Made by a program: the position numbers and the translations under genes. Shown here in pieces: positions 29,893-37,577 of a stretch of DNA of 54,899 nucleotides. Origin of the DNA: a virus (taxonomy: Duplodnaviria > Caudoviricetes); IMG/VR virus record IMGVR_UViG_3300021963_000160, positions 1 to 54,899 of that record. One strand, 5' to 3'. Below the pieces are notes generated by a model. That model searched no databases. It was not told the origin of the DNA and was given only the letters and a program-made list of their open reading frames with translations. Positions within the stretch are counted from its first letter, which is position 1; every line of letters begins with the position of its first letter.

Positions 29893-30078
29893 ATGAAAAA
29901 ATATTTATTGCAATTAATAGAAGTAGAAATAGAAAACACAATGAAAAAGTTAATTCATTGGAACAAAATGGAAGATAGGTTTAAATCAGACCCTTATCAT
30001 ATACGTTGCAAATTAGCAATGGAACGTAAATTGGAAAAAATTAGTCGTTATAAAACTCGGGTGCAAAATGAGTTATAA
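29893..30078 (+). CDS. Cargo of unit B1 (29875-30079): hypothetical helical protein
   Basis: 61 aa; stop TAA lies within the terminal TAAC; unit ends GTTATAACTCGTTTT / AAAATGAGTTATAAC. Confidence 0.65.
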   Translation: MKKYLLQLIEVEIENTMKKLIHWNKMEDRFKSDPYHIRCKLAMERKLEKISRYKTRVQNEL

Positions 30079-30162
30079 CGGTATCGGGCTTGGCGAAGGT
30101 GGGCTTGTAGGATGCTCAATTTTAGCAGGATGTGTATGCCCACTTTTGCCAAACCCGTGTTA
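30076..30162. repeat. Unit A2 (attC-like hairpin, no ORF)
   Basis: TAAC-GGTAT-CGGGCTTGGCGAAGGTGGGC ... GCCCACTTTTGCCAAACCCG-T-GTTA. Confidence 0.85.
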
Positions 30163-30234
30163 TATGAAGTGCCGACTTATTTACGATAAAGCCCAATTGG
30201 AACACTAAACAGAAAAACAAAAAGAAAAAAAGCG

Positions 30235-30924
30235 ATGGCAATAAAAGATAAATATAATGTAAAAAGTGTATCAACCGACCAATGCAAAGAATGGCTGTTG
30301 AAGAAACACTACTTACATAGAATGACATCATTTACTTACTCATTTGGATTGTATGAAAATAATTTATTAGTTGGCGTTATTACTTTTGGAAATGCAGTTC
30401 CTTTGACAATGAAAAAATCATTATTTGGAGAAAAGTATATGGATTTGGTTTACGAATTAAATAGACTATGTACGAATGATGATTTAGATAAAAACGCAAC
30501 ATCTTTTTTTGTGGCTGAATCTTTTAAACTACTTCCAAAGCCATTGATAATTGTAAGCTATGCAGATAAATCAGTTGGACATAATGGGTATATTTACCAA
30601 GCAACTAATTTCATATTTACTGGAGAAAGCCATACTCAATTGGATTGGAAATTGAAAGGCAAAGAACATATACATAGCAGAACTTTAATGGATGAATTTG
30701 CATTTACAGAAGATAGAATTGAAAAGTTGAAAGAAAAGTATGGAGACCAATTATATCAAGTTAGGAGAGAACCAAAATACAGGTATGTTTATGTATTGGC
30801 TAATAAAAAACAAAAAAAAGAGATAATGAACAGCAAATTATTTAAATCAAAACCATACCCAAAAGGAGAAAACACAAGATATGATGCAAGTTATAAACCA
30901 AGTATTCAAACAGAATTATTTTAA
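30235..30924 (+). CDS. Mom-family (GNAT-fold) DNA adenine modification protein; cargo of unit B2 (30159-31003)
   Basis: KKHYLHR, FGLY..LVGVITFG, YELNRL, IVSYADKSVGHNGYIYQATNFIFTG, K.RY; unit ends GTTATATGAAGTGCC / GGCATTTCATATAAC. Confidence 0.75.
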   Translation: MAIKDKYNVKSVSTDQCKEWLLKKHYLHRMTSFTYSFGLYENNLLVGVITFGNAVPLTMKKSLFGEKYMDLVYELNRLCTNDDLDKNATSFFVAESFKLLPKPLIIVSYADKSVGHNGYIYQATNFIFTGESHTQLDWKLKGKEHIHSRTLMDEFAFTEDRIEKLKEKYGDQLYQVRREPKYRYVYVLANKKQKKEIMNSKLFKSKPYPKGENTRYDASYKPSIQTELF

Positions 30925-31085
30925 AAGTGCGATGGCTTTTTTCTTTTTGTTTTTCCTTCACGGAACTTCAATTGGAACACGTCAGCAAGGCATTTCATAT
31001 AACGGTATCGGGCTATATGCAGTGCGAAATAACACACAAAAGATGATACGAAGCACAACAGTAATAATTTTAAAATATTTTTAGC

Positions 31086-31748
31086 GTGGAAATTAAAAAA
31101 ATAAATCCAGTTGATTGTAAGGAATGGCTTTTGACCAAACACTATGCAAAAAGAATGACTCCAATAAATAAGGCGTTTGGATTAGTTATAAATAATTCTA
31201 TTGTAGGTGTTTGTACTTTTGCCATACCAGCATCAAGGTTTGAATTTTCATTACAGCCATACGAATTAAATAGGTTAGTGGTTAATGAAAATTTGGGCAA
31301 AAACATACTTTCTCAATTTGTAGGAATGTGTTTAAGAGAATTTGGAGAATCTGCAATAATTGTTTCGTATGCAGATGAAAATTATGGACACCACGGATAT
31401 ATTTATCAGGCTACAAATTGGATTTACACTGGTCGTTCATCTGCTGAAAAAAGAATGTTTGTTAATGGACAAGAATTGCACAGGAGAACACTATACGACA
31501 AATACGGAACATCATCAATACCAGAATTAGAGAAACTTGGATTAAATATTACTTACAATAAACAGCTTGGTAAGCATAGATATTTCCAATTTACTGGCAC
31601 AAAAAAAGATAGCAAGATACTGAAAGAAGAAGTAATATTAAAATACGGCACACAACCATATCCAAAAGGAAACAATACAAGATATGATTCTGGTAATGAT
31701 ATTAAGATAAATATAAAACCAAAAGCAGTACAAACATCACTATTCTAA
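31086..31748 (+). CDS. Second Mom-family protein; cargo of unit A3 (31000-31859)
   Basis: TKHYAKR, IVGVCTF, YELNRL, IVSYADENYGHHGYIYQATNWIYTG, KHRY; GTG start; unit arms CGGGCTATATGCAGTGC / GCATTGCATATAGCCCG. Confidence 0.75.
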   Translation: MEIKKINPVDCKEWLLTKHYAKRMTPINKAFGLVINNSIVGVCTFAIPASRFEFSLQPYELNRLVVNENLGKNILSQFVGMCLREFGESAIIVSYADENYGHHGYIYQATNWIYTGRSSAEKRMFVNGQELHRRTLYDKYGTSSIPELEKLGLNITYNKQLGKHRYFQFTGTKKDSKILKEEVILKYGTQPYPKGNNTRYDSGNDIKINIKPKAVQTSLF

Positions 31749-31855
31749 TGGCTTTGAAAAAGCCAAAGTGCGGTGGGAAAAATATTTTAAAATTATGGTC
31801 AAATTAGAACAAAACTCGATACGAAGCACGGAACTAAGCATTGCATATAGCCCGT

Positions 31856-31884
31856 GTTATAGCATCGTTTTAATGTGCTATAAC
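31856..31884. repeat. Unit B3: minimal 29-nt empty unit
   Basis: GTTATAGCA-TCGTTTTAATG-TGCTATAAC. Confidence 0.8.
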
Positions 31885-32006
31885 GTTTTGCAGCTAACCG
31901 AAGGCAGGGAATTTAACCACAAAACAACAATGGAAACACGAAACTTGAACACACCACAAAACTATCTTAGGAGCAGTAAAACCCTGCTTTTGGTTAGGTG
32001 CTGTTA
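31881..32006. repeat. Unit A4 (attC-like hairpin, no ORF)
   Basis: TAAC-GTTTT-GCAGCTAACCGAAGGCAGGG ... CCCTGCTTTTGGTTAGGTGC-T-GTTA. Confidence 0.8.
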
Positions 32007-32044
32007 TAAGAAGTAGCGAATTATTAACGATAAATTTAATTAAA

Positions 32045-32215
32045 ATGAATATAACATTAGCAAAAGTAAAAAGAACACTCGAAAAAGATTATGGGTGGAG
32101 TAATATGAATATTGAAAGTCAAAAATTTTTAATTGACGAATTGATAAAAGATACACTCAAAATTATAGATAATGAATTGCGAACTCACAAAGGGATTTCC
32201 ATTAAGAAACGCTAA
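32045..32215 (+). CDS. Cargo of unit B4 (32003-32234): 56-aa hypothetical protein
   Basis: Manual translation MNITLAKVKRTLEKDYGWSNMNIESQKFLIDELIKDTLKIIDNELRTHKGISIKKR*; unit ends GTTATAAGAAGTAGC / GCTATTTCTTATAAC. Confidence 0.6.
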   Translation: MNITLAKVKRTLEKDYGWSNMNIESQKFLIDELIKDTLKIIDNELRTHKGISIKKR

Positions 32216-32278
32216 TGTAGCTATTTCTTATAACTAATCGGTAAGTATTATAAAACTAAATATTAAACTATTAAAAAT

Positions 32279-32500
32279 ATGCAAATAACAGTTAATTACG
32301 ATTTAAAATGGCAGCTAAAAACAGCCCCGAATTATCAATTTACAGACGATGGAATATGTATTAATACATTAAGAGGTAAGATAGTAAGAAAAGTAGTTGT
32401 AAGCAGCACTAAAGGCTATTGTATAAACGGTAAATTTAGAAGTGTATTGCAACTGCGAAAAGAATTAATTAAGATTGAAAAAATAATTTGTCCATTTTAG
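32279..32500 (+). CDS. Hypothetical protein (NUMOD/HNH-associated-like fragment possible)
   Basis: 73 aa; YQFTDDGICINTLRGKIVRKVV...GYCING. Confidence 0.55.
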   Translation: MQITVNYDLKWQLKTAPNYQFTDDGICINTLRGKIVRKVVVSSTKGYCINGKFRSVLQLRKELIKIEKIICPF

Positions 32501-32512
32501 AACGTTTCTAAA
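32496..32512. promoter_or_regulatory. Palindromic operator copy
   Basis: TTTAGAA-CGT-TTCTAAA with TTTG ending 43 nt downstream. Confidence 0.5.
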
Positions 32513-32880
32513 TTACTTAAACCAACAAATAATTAAAACAATATCTCTTAATTTGAATAATGAAATTTAAAGCACTTAGGAAGTTTAGCAAGCAAGAGGT
32601 TGTGGGATACCTGAGTAAAGTTGGTAAAGTAAGAATTTATACGATTGAGGGGGTTGATTATACAATAACTGAATTTAAAAAACATTTTAATAATTTTGAA
32701 TTATGACAAAGAAAGGAAGATATTTTTTTAGAGACATACCGTCAATTACATGCAATAAACACGAAGTTATTCGAGCTACCAGAGTTTGTACTTGTTGCGG
32801 TAAATATGTGGACCCATTCAATATATTGTGCGATCCTTGTTATGCAAAGAAATAACCAACCAAGAAATAATAATTAAAAT

Positions 32881-33132
32881 ATGAACATACAAAACATTTT
32901 TAAAAGTAAACCGAAATTTGAAACATGTACCTTGGCAATAGCCGACTACTTTAAAAGAAACGGTAGTTTAAGCCAGTTAGAATGTTGTCAATTATTCCTT
33001 AATTGGAATCTTCACAAAGTAGTGGATCGTTTAAAGTTGCACCACAACATGAAGTTTGAAAAAACTAAAAAGCTTGTCAAAACTAGGTACGGCAAAACAA
33101 CCGAAATTGTAACCTATCATTTAGTAAGATGA
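32881..33132 (+). CDS. Small winged-HTH protein
   Basis: IADYFKRNGSLSQLEC.QLF....LHKVVDRLK...KTRYGKTTEIVTYHL. Confidence 0.6.
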   Translation: MNIQNIFKSKPKFETCTLAIADYFKRNGSLSQLECCQLFLNWNLHKVVDRLKLHHNMKFEKTKKLVKTRYGKTTEIVTYHLVR

Positions 33133-33320
33133 TTGAAGATTACCCGTTATTTGCTGACTTCTGGAAGCTAACCGATAAAATCGGCAGAAAAGAGTTGATG
33201 GCCAAACGATGGCAGGTATTGCCACAGTGGAAGAAGATTGAAGTTTATAACAAAGCATTAAGCGATAAAGATAAAAAGGGAGCAGAATTTTATTTAAACA
33301 TAGGAAGATGGAAGAATTAG
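33129..33320 (+). CDS. Hypothetical protein
   Basis: 63 aa; FADFWKLT.K.GRK..MAKRW resembles the C-terminus of phage initiators. Confidence 0.5.
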   Translation: MIEDYPLFADFWKLTDKIGRKELMAKRWQVLPQWKKIEVYNKALSDKDKKGAEFYLNIGRWKN

Positions 33321-33487
33321 AAAACATAAAATCAGAAATAGAAAGCATTAAAGATGAAATTGAAAATCTGTCTGACCAAATTAGAAGAGAACGTGACGGT
33401 TCTGTTGATAATCAACGAGATTTAATGAAAAAATCTATGGAGTTAAATTTAGCACGTAGAAAACTTGAATTTAAGCTAATAAAGTAA

Positions 33488-33630
33488 TTTGTTTTTGTAA
33501 TAAGTTAAACTATATTTGTAACGCTCATCACGATGAAAATATTTAAAAATAAATCCCCGTTCCTTACATTGCACTTTGCATATTCTATGCACGTGATGAG
33601 CCTTTGTATTGGACGGGGTTATTTTTATAA
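33488..33630 (+). promoter_or_regulatory. Promoter (-33 TTTG / -7 TATATTTG) with structured leader before the replication initiator
   Basis: TTTG 33488-33491, TATATTTG 33511-33518; GCTCATCACG (33523-33532) complementary to CGTGATGAGC (33592-33601) inside hairpin 33545-33626. Confidence 0.6.
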
Positions 33631-34326
33631 ATGAACGGTTACGAATTATCAAGAAATTGGTTTGACTGGTGTTTTGAAAACCCCGAAAAAATAAACCCAA
33701 ACCATACAGCTATTTACTTTTTTGCTATTGAACATTGTAATAGGATGGGATGGAAAAATAAATTCGGATTTCCATCACAAATGACAATGGAAGCATTAGG
33801 AATAAAAAAACATCAAACCTATATTAAATATTTTAGAGATTTAGTAGATTGGGGATTTATAATATTAATCCAAGAAAGCAAAAATCAATACTCTGCAAAC
33901 ATAATTAGCCTTAATAATGCTATGACAAAAAACGGCAAAGCATTGGACAAAGCAAACATAAAGCATACGGCAAAGCAAACAGAAAGCAATGGGCAAAGCA
34001 ATAGTAGTATAGATAAACAAACAAACAATATAACAATAAACAAAGAACAAGAAGAAAAGATAAATTTTGATATTTTTTATAATTTATATGATAAAAAAGT
34101 AGATGGCAAGGATGCTAAATTAAAATGGGATAGATTAGATTTACAAACTCAACAACTAATATTATCGGTAGTTCCTAAATATATTAAATCTACACCCGAT
34201 AAGCAATTTAGAAAATCACCCTTAGTTTACTTAAATAAAAAAGCATGGGATGATGAAATTATTATAGAAAAAGAATTTAACAAACCAGTACAAACATACA
34301 AAGAACCAATATCAAAATTATTATGA
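33631..34326 (+). CDS. Phage replication initiator/replisome organizer
   Basis: N-terminal wHTH-like region, low-complexity linker, FDIFYNLYDKKV...YLNKKAWDDE C-terminal domain; upstream of DnaB. Confidence 0.7.
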   Translation: MNGYELSRNWFDWCFENPEKINPNHTAIYFFAIEHCNRMGWKNKFGFPSQMTMEALGIKKHQTYIKYFRDLVDWGFIILIQESKNQYSANIISLNNAMTKNGKALDKANIKHTAKQTESNGQSNSSIDKQTNNITINKEQEEKINFDIFYNLYDKKVDGKDAKLKWDRLDLQTQQLILSVVPKYIKSTPDKQFRKSPLVYLNKKAWDDEIIIEKEFNKPVQTYKEPISKLL

Positions 34327-34547
34327 GAAAAATAAGATTAGAATACTCAAGAGAGCAAGGATGTTTTCACTTTGAAGATATTAACAAAGACAATAAAAAT
34401 ACATTTAGTTATTTTACAATTAAAAAAGAGGTTGATAGTAATATAGCTTCTGAATTTGTAAAAATGTATGATAGTAAATATCCAAAAAGAAATATATCAA
34501 TACAGGCAATGAAAGATGAATTTAATAACTTTATCAATGGAAGGTAA
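34323..34547 (+). CDS. Hypothetical protein
   Basis: 74 aa, coupled to both neighbours. Confidence 0.55.
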   Translation: MRKIRLEYSREQGCFHFEDINKDNKNTFSYFTIKKEVDSNIASEFVKMYDSKYPKRNISIQAMKDEFNNFINGR

Positions 34548-35955
34548 ATTACCACCACAGGCAATAGATTTAGAAGAAATAGTAATAGGGGCTGCAATGC
34601 TTGAAAAAACGGCATTTGGTAAAGTATCAACTATTTTAGATAAAAAAGATTTTTATAAGGAGCAACATGGTATAGTTTGGGATATTATGAGTGAACTATA
34701 TAATGAAAATTTACCAATAGATATTATGTCTGTTATTGAAAAGTTAAGGTCAAAAGGTAAATTAGATTTAATAGGTGGTGCACATTTTATAAGCCAACTA
34801 ACAATAAGGGTTGCTTCTGCTGCAAATATTGAATATCATTCTACAATTATAAAACAGTTATCACTACAAAGAAATATTATTGAACTTTCAACGGACTACC
34901 TAAATAAAGCATGGCAAAATGGAATAGACCCGTTTGAATTTAGCAAAGAATTTGCATGGAAACTTGAAAATATCACATCTTCACTTACGCCTGATATGAG
35001 AGATATAGGAAAAGTAGCTAAATTAACTTATAGCATGATGCGTGAAGCAAGTTTAAATGAAAGTGATATAATTGGGTATCCAAGTTCAATAAGTGCCTTA
35101 AATGATAAATTATTAGGTTATTCAGCACCTGATTTTACAATAGTTGCAGCAGGAACCGGAGAAGGTAAATCTACGTTTATGTTAAATGAAGTTAAGGCAC
35201 TTGCAAAACAAGGCATTCCATGTGCTGTATTTAGTTTAGAAATGAACGATTATCAACTATTATGGAAAATGTTTAGTTCTGATTTAGATATAGATGTTAA
35301 AAGTATAAGAAAGGGCAAAATGGATGAAGGTAGATGGGATAGTTTAAGTGATAATGTTAAAGAATATGCAAAGATGCCAGTTTACTTTTATGATTCAGGG
35401 GGATTAACGATAGAAAAGTTTTGTGGCATAGTTAAAGAAGCTGTAAGAAAAAACGGTGTAAAAATGGTTTTTATAGATTACATTCAACTATTGATGGTCC
35501 AGAACACTAAGGAGTTCGGCAATAGAGAAGCTCAGGTTAATTTTATATCTAAAAGGATTAAAAGATTAGCAAGGGAATTAAGTATACCTATAATGGCTTT
35601 AAGTCAATTATCAAGATTAGAAAAAGGAACTAAAAGGAAATATAAACTTTCAGATTTAAGAGAATCGGGAGCATTAGAGCAAGATTCAGATAACGTAATA
35701 TTTCTATATAATCCATCTTATCACGGAGTAGAAGAAATGGAGTTTTATGATAAAAACGAAAACGGTAATTACGAAAAACAAACTATTACATTTGACCATG
35801 AAGATTGTTTAATTTTGATAGAAAAATGCAGATTGGGAGAAACAGGAATAGTGAGATGTAAATTTAAAGGTCAATTTTCACGACATGAAGATTTACCAAA
35901 TAACCAACGAATACAAAAGACAGAAGACTTTAGTTTTACTGATAGACCATTTTAA
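34537..35955 (+). CDS. dnaB: Replicative DNA helicase
   Basis: LPPQAIDLEE, Walker A AAGTGEGKS, FSLEM, FIDYIQL, LSQLSR, DLRESGALEQDSD. Confidence 0.95.
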   Translation: MEGKLPPQAIDLEEIVIGAAMLEKTAFGKVSTILDKKDFYKEQHGIVWDIMSELYNENLPIDIMSVIEKLRSKGKLDLIGGAHFISQLTIRVASAANIEYHSTIIKQLSLQRNIIELSTDYLNKAWQNGIDPFEFSKEFAWKLENITSSLTPDMRDIGKVAKLTYSMMREASLNESDIIGYPSSISALNDKLLGYSAPDFTIVAAGTGEGKSTFMLNEVKALAKQGIPCAVFSLEMNDYQLLWKMFSSDLDIDVKSIRKGKMDEGRWDSLSDNVKEYAKMPVYFYDSGGLTIEKFCGIVKEAVRKNGVKMVFIDYIQLLMVQNTKEFGNREAQVNFISKRIKRLARELSIPIMALSQLSRLEKGTKRKYKLSDLRESGALEQDSDNVIFLYNPSYHGVEEMEFYDKNENGNYEKQTITFDHEDCLILIEKCRLGETGIVRCKFKGQFSRHEDLPNNQRIQKTEDFSFTDRPF

Positions 35956-35956
35956 T

Positions 35957-36571
35957 ATGAAGCCTAAATCTTGCCGACAATGTAAAACTAAATTCATTCC
36001 GGATAGACCTTTGCAAATGGTTTGTTCTTTTATGTGTAGTGTTGAATATACCAAAGCTAATCAGGCGAAAAAAGCTAAAAAGGATTGGGTTAAAGAAAAG
36101 GCAGAACGAAAGGAAAAGATAACCACGTTAAGCGAATGGAAAGGACTATTACAGGAAGTAATTAATGGAATAGTACGATTGATTGACAAAGACATGGGAT
36201 GTATTGCCACAGGAACTAAAACAGGCAAGATGAATGCAGGGCATTATATAAGTCGTGGCAGTAACGATACAATACGTTTTAATCTTCATAATATTCATCT
36301 CCAGTCAGAGCATTCAAATTCCTTTAATTCAGGCGATACAATACGTTATCAGGATGGAGTAGTAAGAATGTATGGCAAAGATTATTTAGAGTTATTAAAT
36401 AGCCTTAAATCAACTAAACCAATAAACTTAACTATTGAAACCATAAAGGATAAAATAATTATTGCAAAATTAATCAGAAAGGAATTAATAGAATTAGGGA
36501 ATAGATACACATCAGCCGAAAGAATCCAGTTAAGACACGATTTGAACAATAGAATAGGAATATATATATGA
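35957..36571 (+). CDS. ninG: NinG/Rap-family recombination endonuclease
   Basis: CxxC...CS..C N-terminus, VRLID, NAGHYISRG...RFNLHNIHLQ...N. Confidence 0.85.
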   Translation: MKPKSCRQCKTKFIPDRPLQMVCSFMCSVEYTKANQAKKAKKDWVKEKAERKEKITTLSEWKGLLQEVINGIVRLIDKDMGCIATGTKTGKMNAGHYISRGSNDTIRFNLHNIHLQSEHSNSFNSGDTIRYQDGVVRMYGKDYLELLNSLKSTKPINLTIETIKDKIIIAKLIRKELIELGNRYTSAERIQLRHDLNNRIGIYI

Positions 36572-37341
36572 AGAAATACATATCATTTAGTGGTGGAGTT
36601 GAAAGTTCAACAATGGCAATTCTTTATGGCAAAGGTGCTAAATTAATATGGGTAGATACTGGTGCAGAACACAAAGAACTTTATGACAGATTAGATATGT
36701 TTGAAAAATACATATTAGAACTACATAAAGGAGATTGTGAACTAATACGATTAAAAGGCTCTTATTCTACCAAAGGTGTAAAAGTAGATAGTTTGATTGA
36801 TGCAATAAGAATAGGACAATTTATGCCATCAGGGCAAAAAAGATTTTGCACATCAGCATTCAAAATCAAACCTATTGATAATTATTTAAAGTCACTTGGC
36901 GAAGTAGAACTTATGATAGGTTTTAATTTGGATGAAGAAGGTAGGACAGGAAATTTAGAAAAAATATCAAGTATTAATTACACATATCCTTTAATTAATG
37001 ACGGCTACACAAGAAAAGACTGTGAAGCTATTTTAGAATTTCACGGAATGCATCCATCCTTCCCTGTTTATATGAATAGAGGTGGGTGTAAGATGTGTTT
37101 TTATAAGTCACAAAAAGAATACAAAGCAATGTATTATTTAGATAGGGATACTTTTAACGAGATTAAAGAATTAGAAAATGATATTCAAGATAAAAGGGTT
37201 AAGCATTTTTCAATAATGGAATCAGGCAAATCAATGAATCAACTTGAGCAAGAATGCAAGGAAGAAATACCATTTGATTTTACAGAAATTTATAAAGACA
37301 GAGAAAGTAATCGTTCTTGTGGAGCATTTTGTAGAAGATAA
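36568..37341 (+). CDS. PAPS-reductase-like adenine nucleotide alpha-hydrolase
   Basis: ISFSGGVESS PP-loop, DTGAEH, RFCT..FKIKP, GCKMCF, C-terminal SCGAFC. Confidence 0.8.
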   Translation: MKKYISFSGGVESSTMAILYGKGAKLIWVDTGAEHKELYDRLDMFEKYILELHKGDCELIRLKGSYSTKGVKVDSLIDAIRIGQFMPSGQKRFCTSAFKIKPIDNYLKSLGEVELMIGFNLDEEGRTGNLEKISSINYTYPLINDGYTRKDCEAILEFHGMHPSFPVYMNRGGCKMCFYKSQKEYKAMYYLDRDTFNEIKELENDIQDKRVKHFSIMESGKSMNQLEQECKEEIPFDFTEIYKDRESNRSCGAFCRR

Positions 37342-37342
37342 G

Positions 37343-37498
37343 ATGACATACAAGGGATTTAAAATAGAACTAAACGAGTATTACAACTGGAGATACCCTA
37401 ACACTAAATATCTATATTTTAGTATTTCCGATTGTGATAGTCTTGTATTATGGGCTGCAACAATAGATGAATGTAAATTACAAATAGACACGATTTAA
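37343..37498 (+). CDS. Hypothetical protein
   Basis: Start moved to ATG 37343 (MTYKGFKIE...). Confidence 0.5.
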   Translation: MTYKGFKIELNEYYNWRYPNTKYLYFSISDCDSLVLWAATIDECKLQIDTI

Positions 37499-37517
37499 AC
37501 ATTAGGTTAGGTATCTA

Positions 37518-37577
37518 TTTAGATTAATTCTAAATTAGAAAACCCGATAAATATATGAAATAAATGAACGTATTTTG
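37518..37577 (+). promoter_or_regulatory. Palindromic operator plus promoter copy
   Basis: TTTAGAT-TAA-TTCTAAA; TATTTTG ends 43 nt later; leader TTTTGCCCTACAATTAAA resembles the one at 29103. Confidence 0.55.

Larger units (their letters stand above)
29752..32234 (+). mobile_element. Integron-like array of eight alternating inverted-repeat-bounded units (A1-B1-A2-B2-A3-B3-A4-B4)
   Basis: Junctions ATAAC at 29751, 30075, 30999, 31880, 32230 and TGTTATA at 29874, 30158, 31855, 32002; every interval between junctions has complementary ends. Confidence 0.75.

Noticed and set aside
30881-31142. ORFs 30881..31084(+) and 30921..31142(-), also 30122..30331(-)
   Set aside because: They run across the repeat arms and overlap the Mom-like genes; most likely by-products of the repeats
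31768-32016. 82-aa ORF spanning the A3 end, B3 and A4
   Set aside because: It is translated repeat sequence crossing three junctions, with a GTG start inside the GCGGTGG motif
29752-32234. CRISPR array or simple terminator series as an explanation of the repeats
   Set aside because: There are no identical direct repeats with uniform spacers; the stems lack U-tracts, share AAC/GTT cores, abut one another and enclose whole genes
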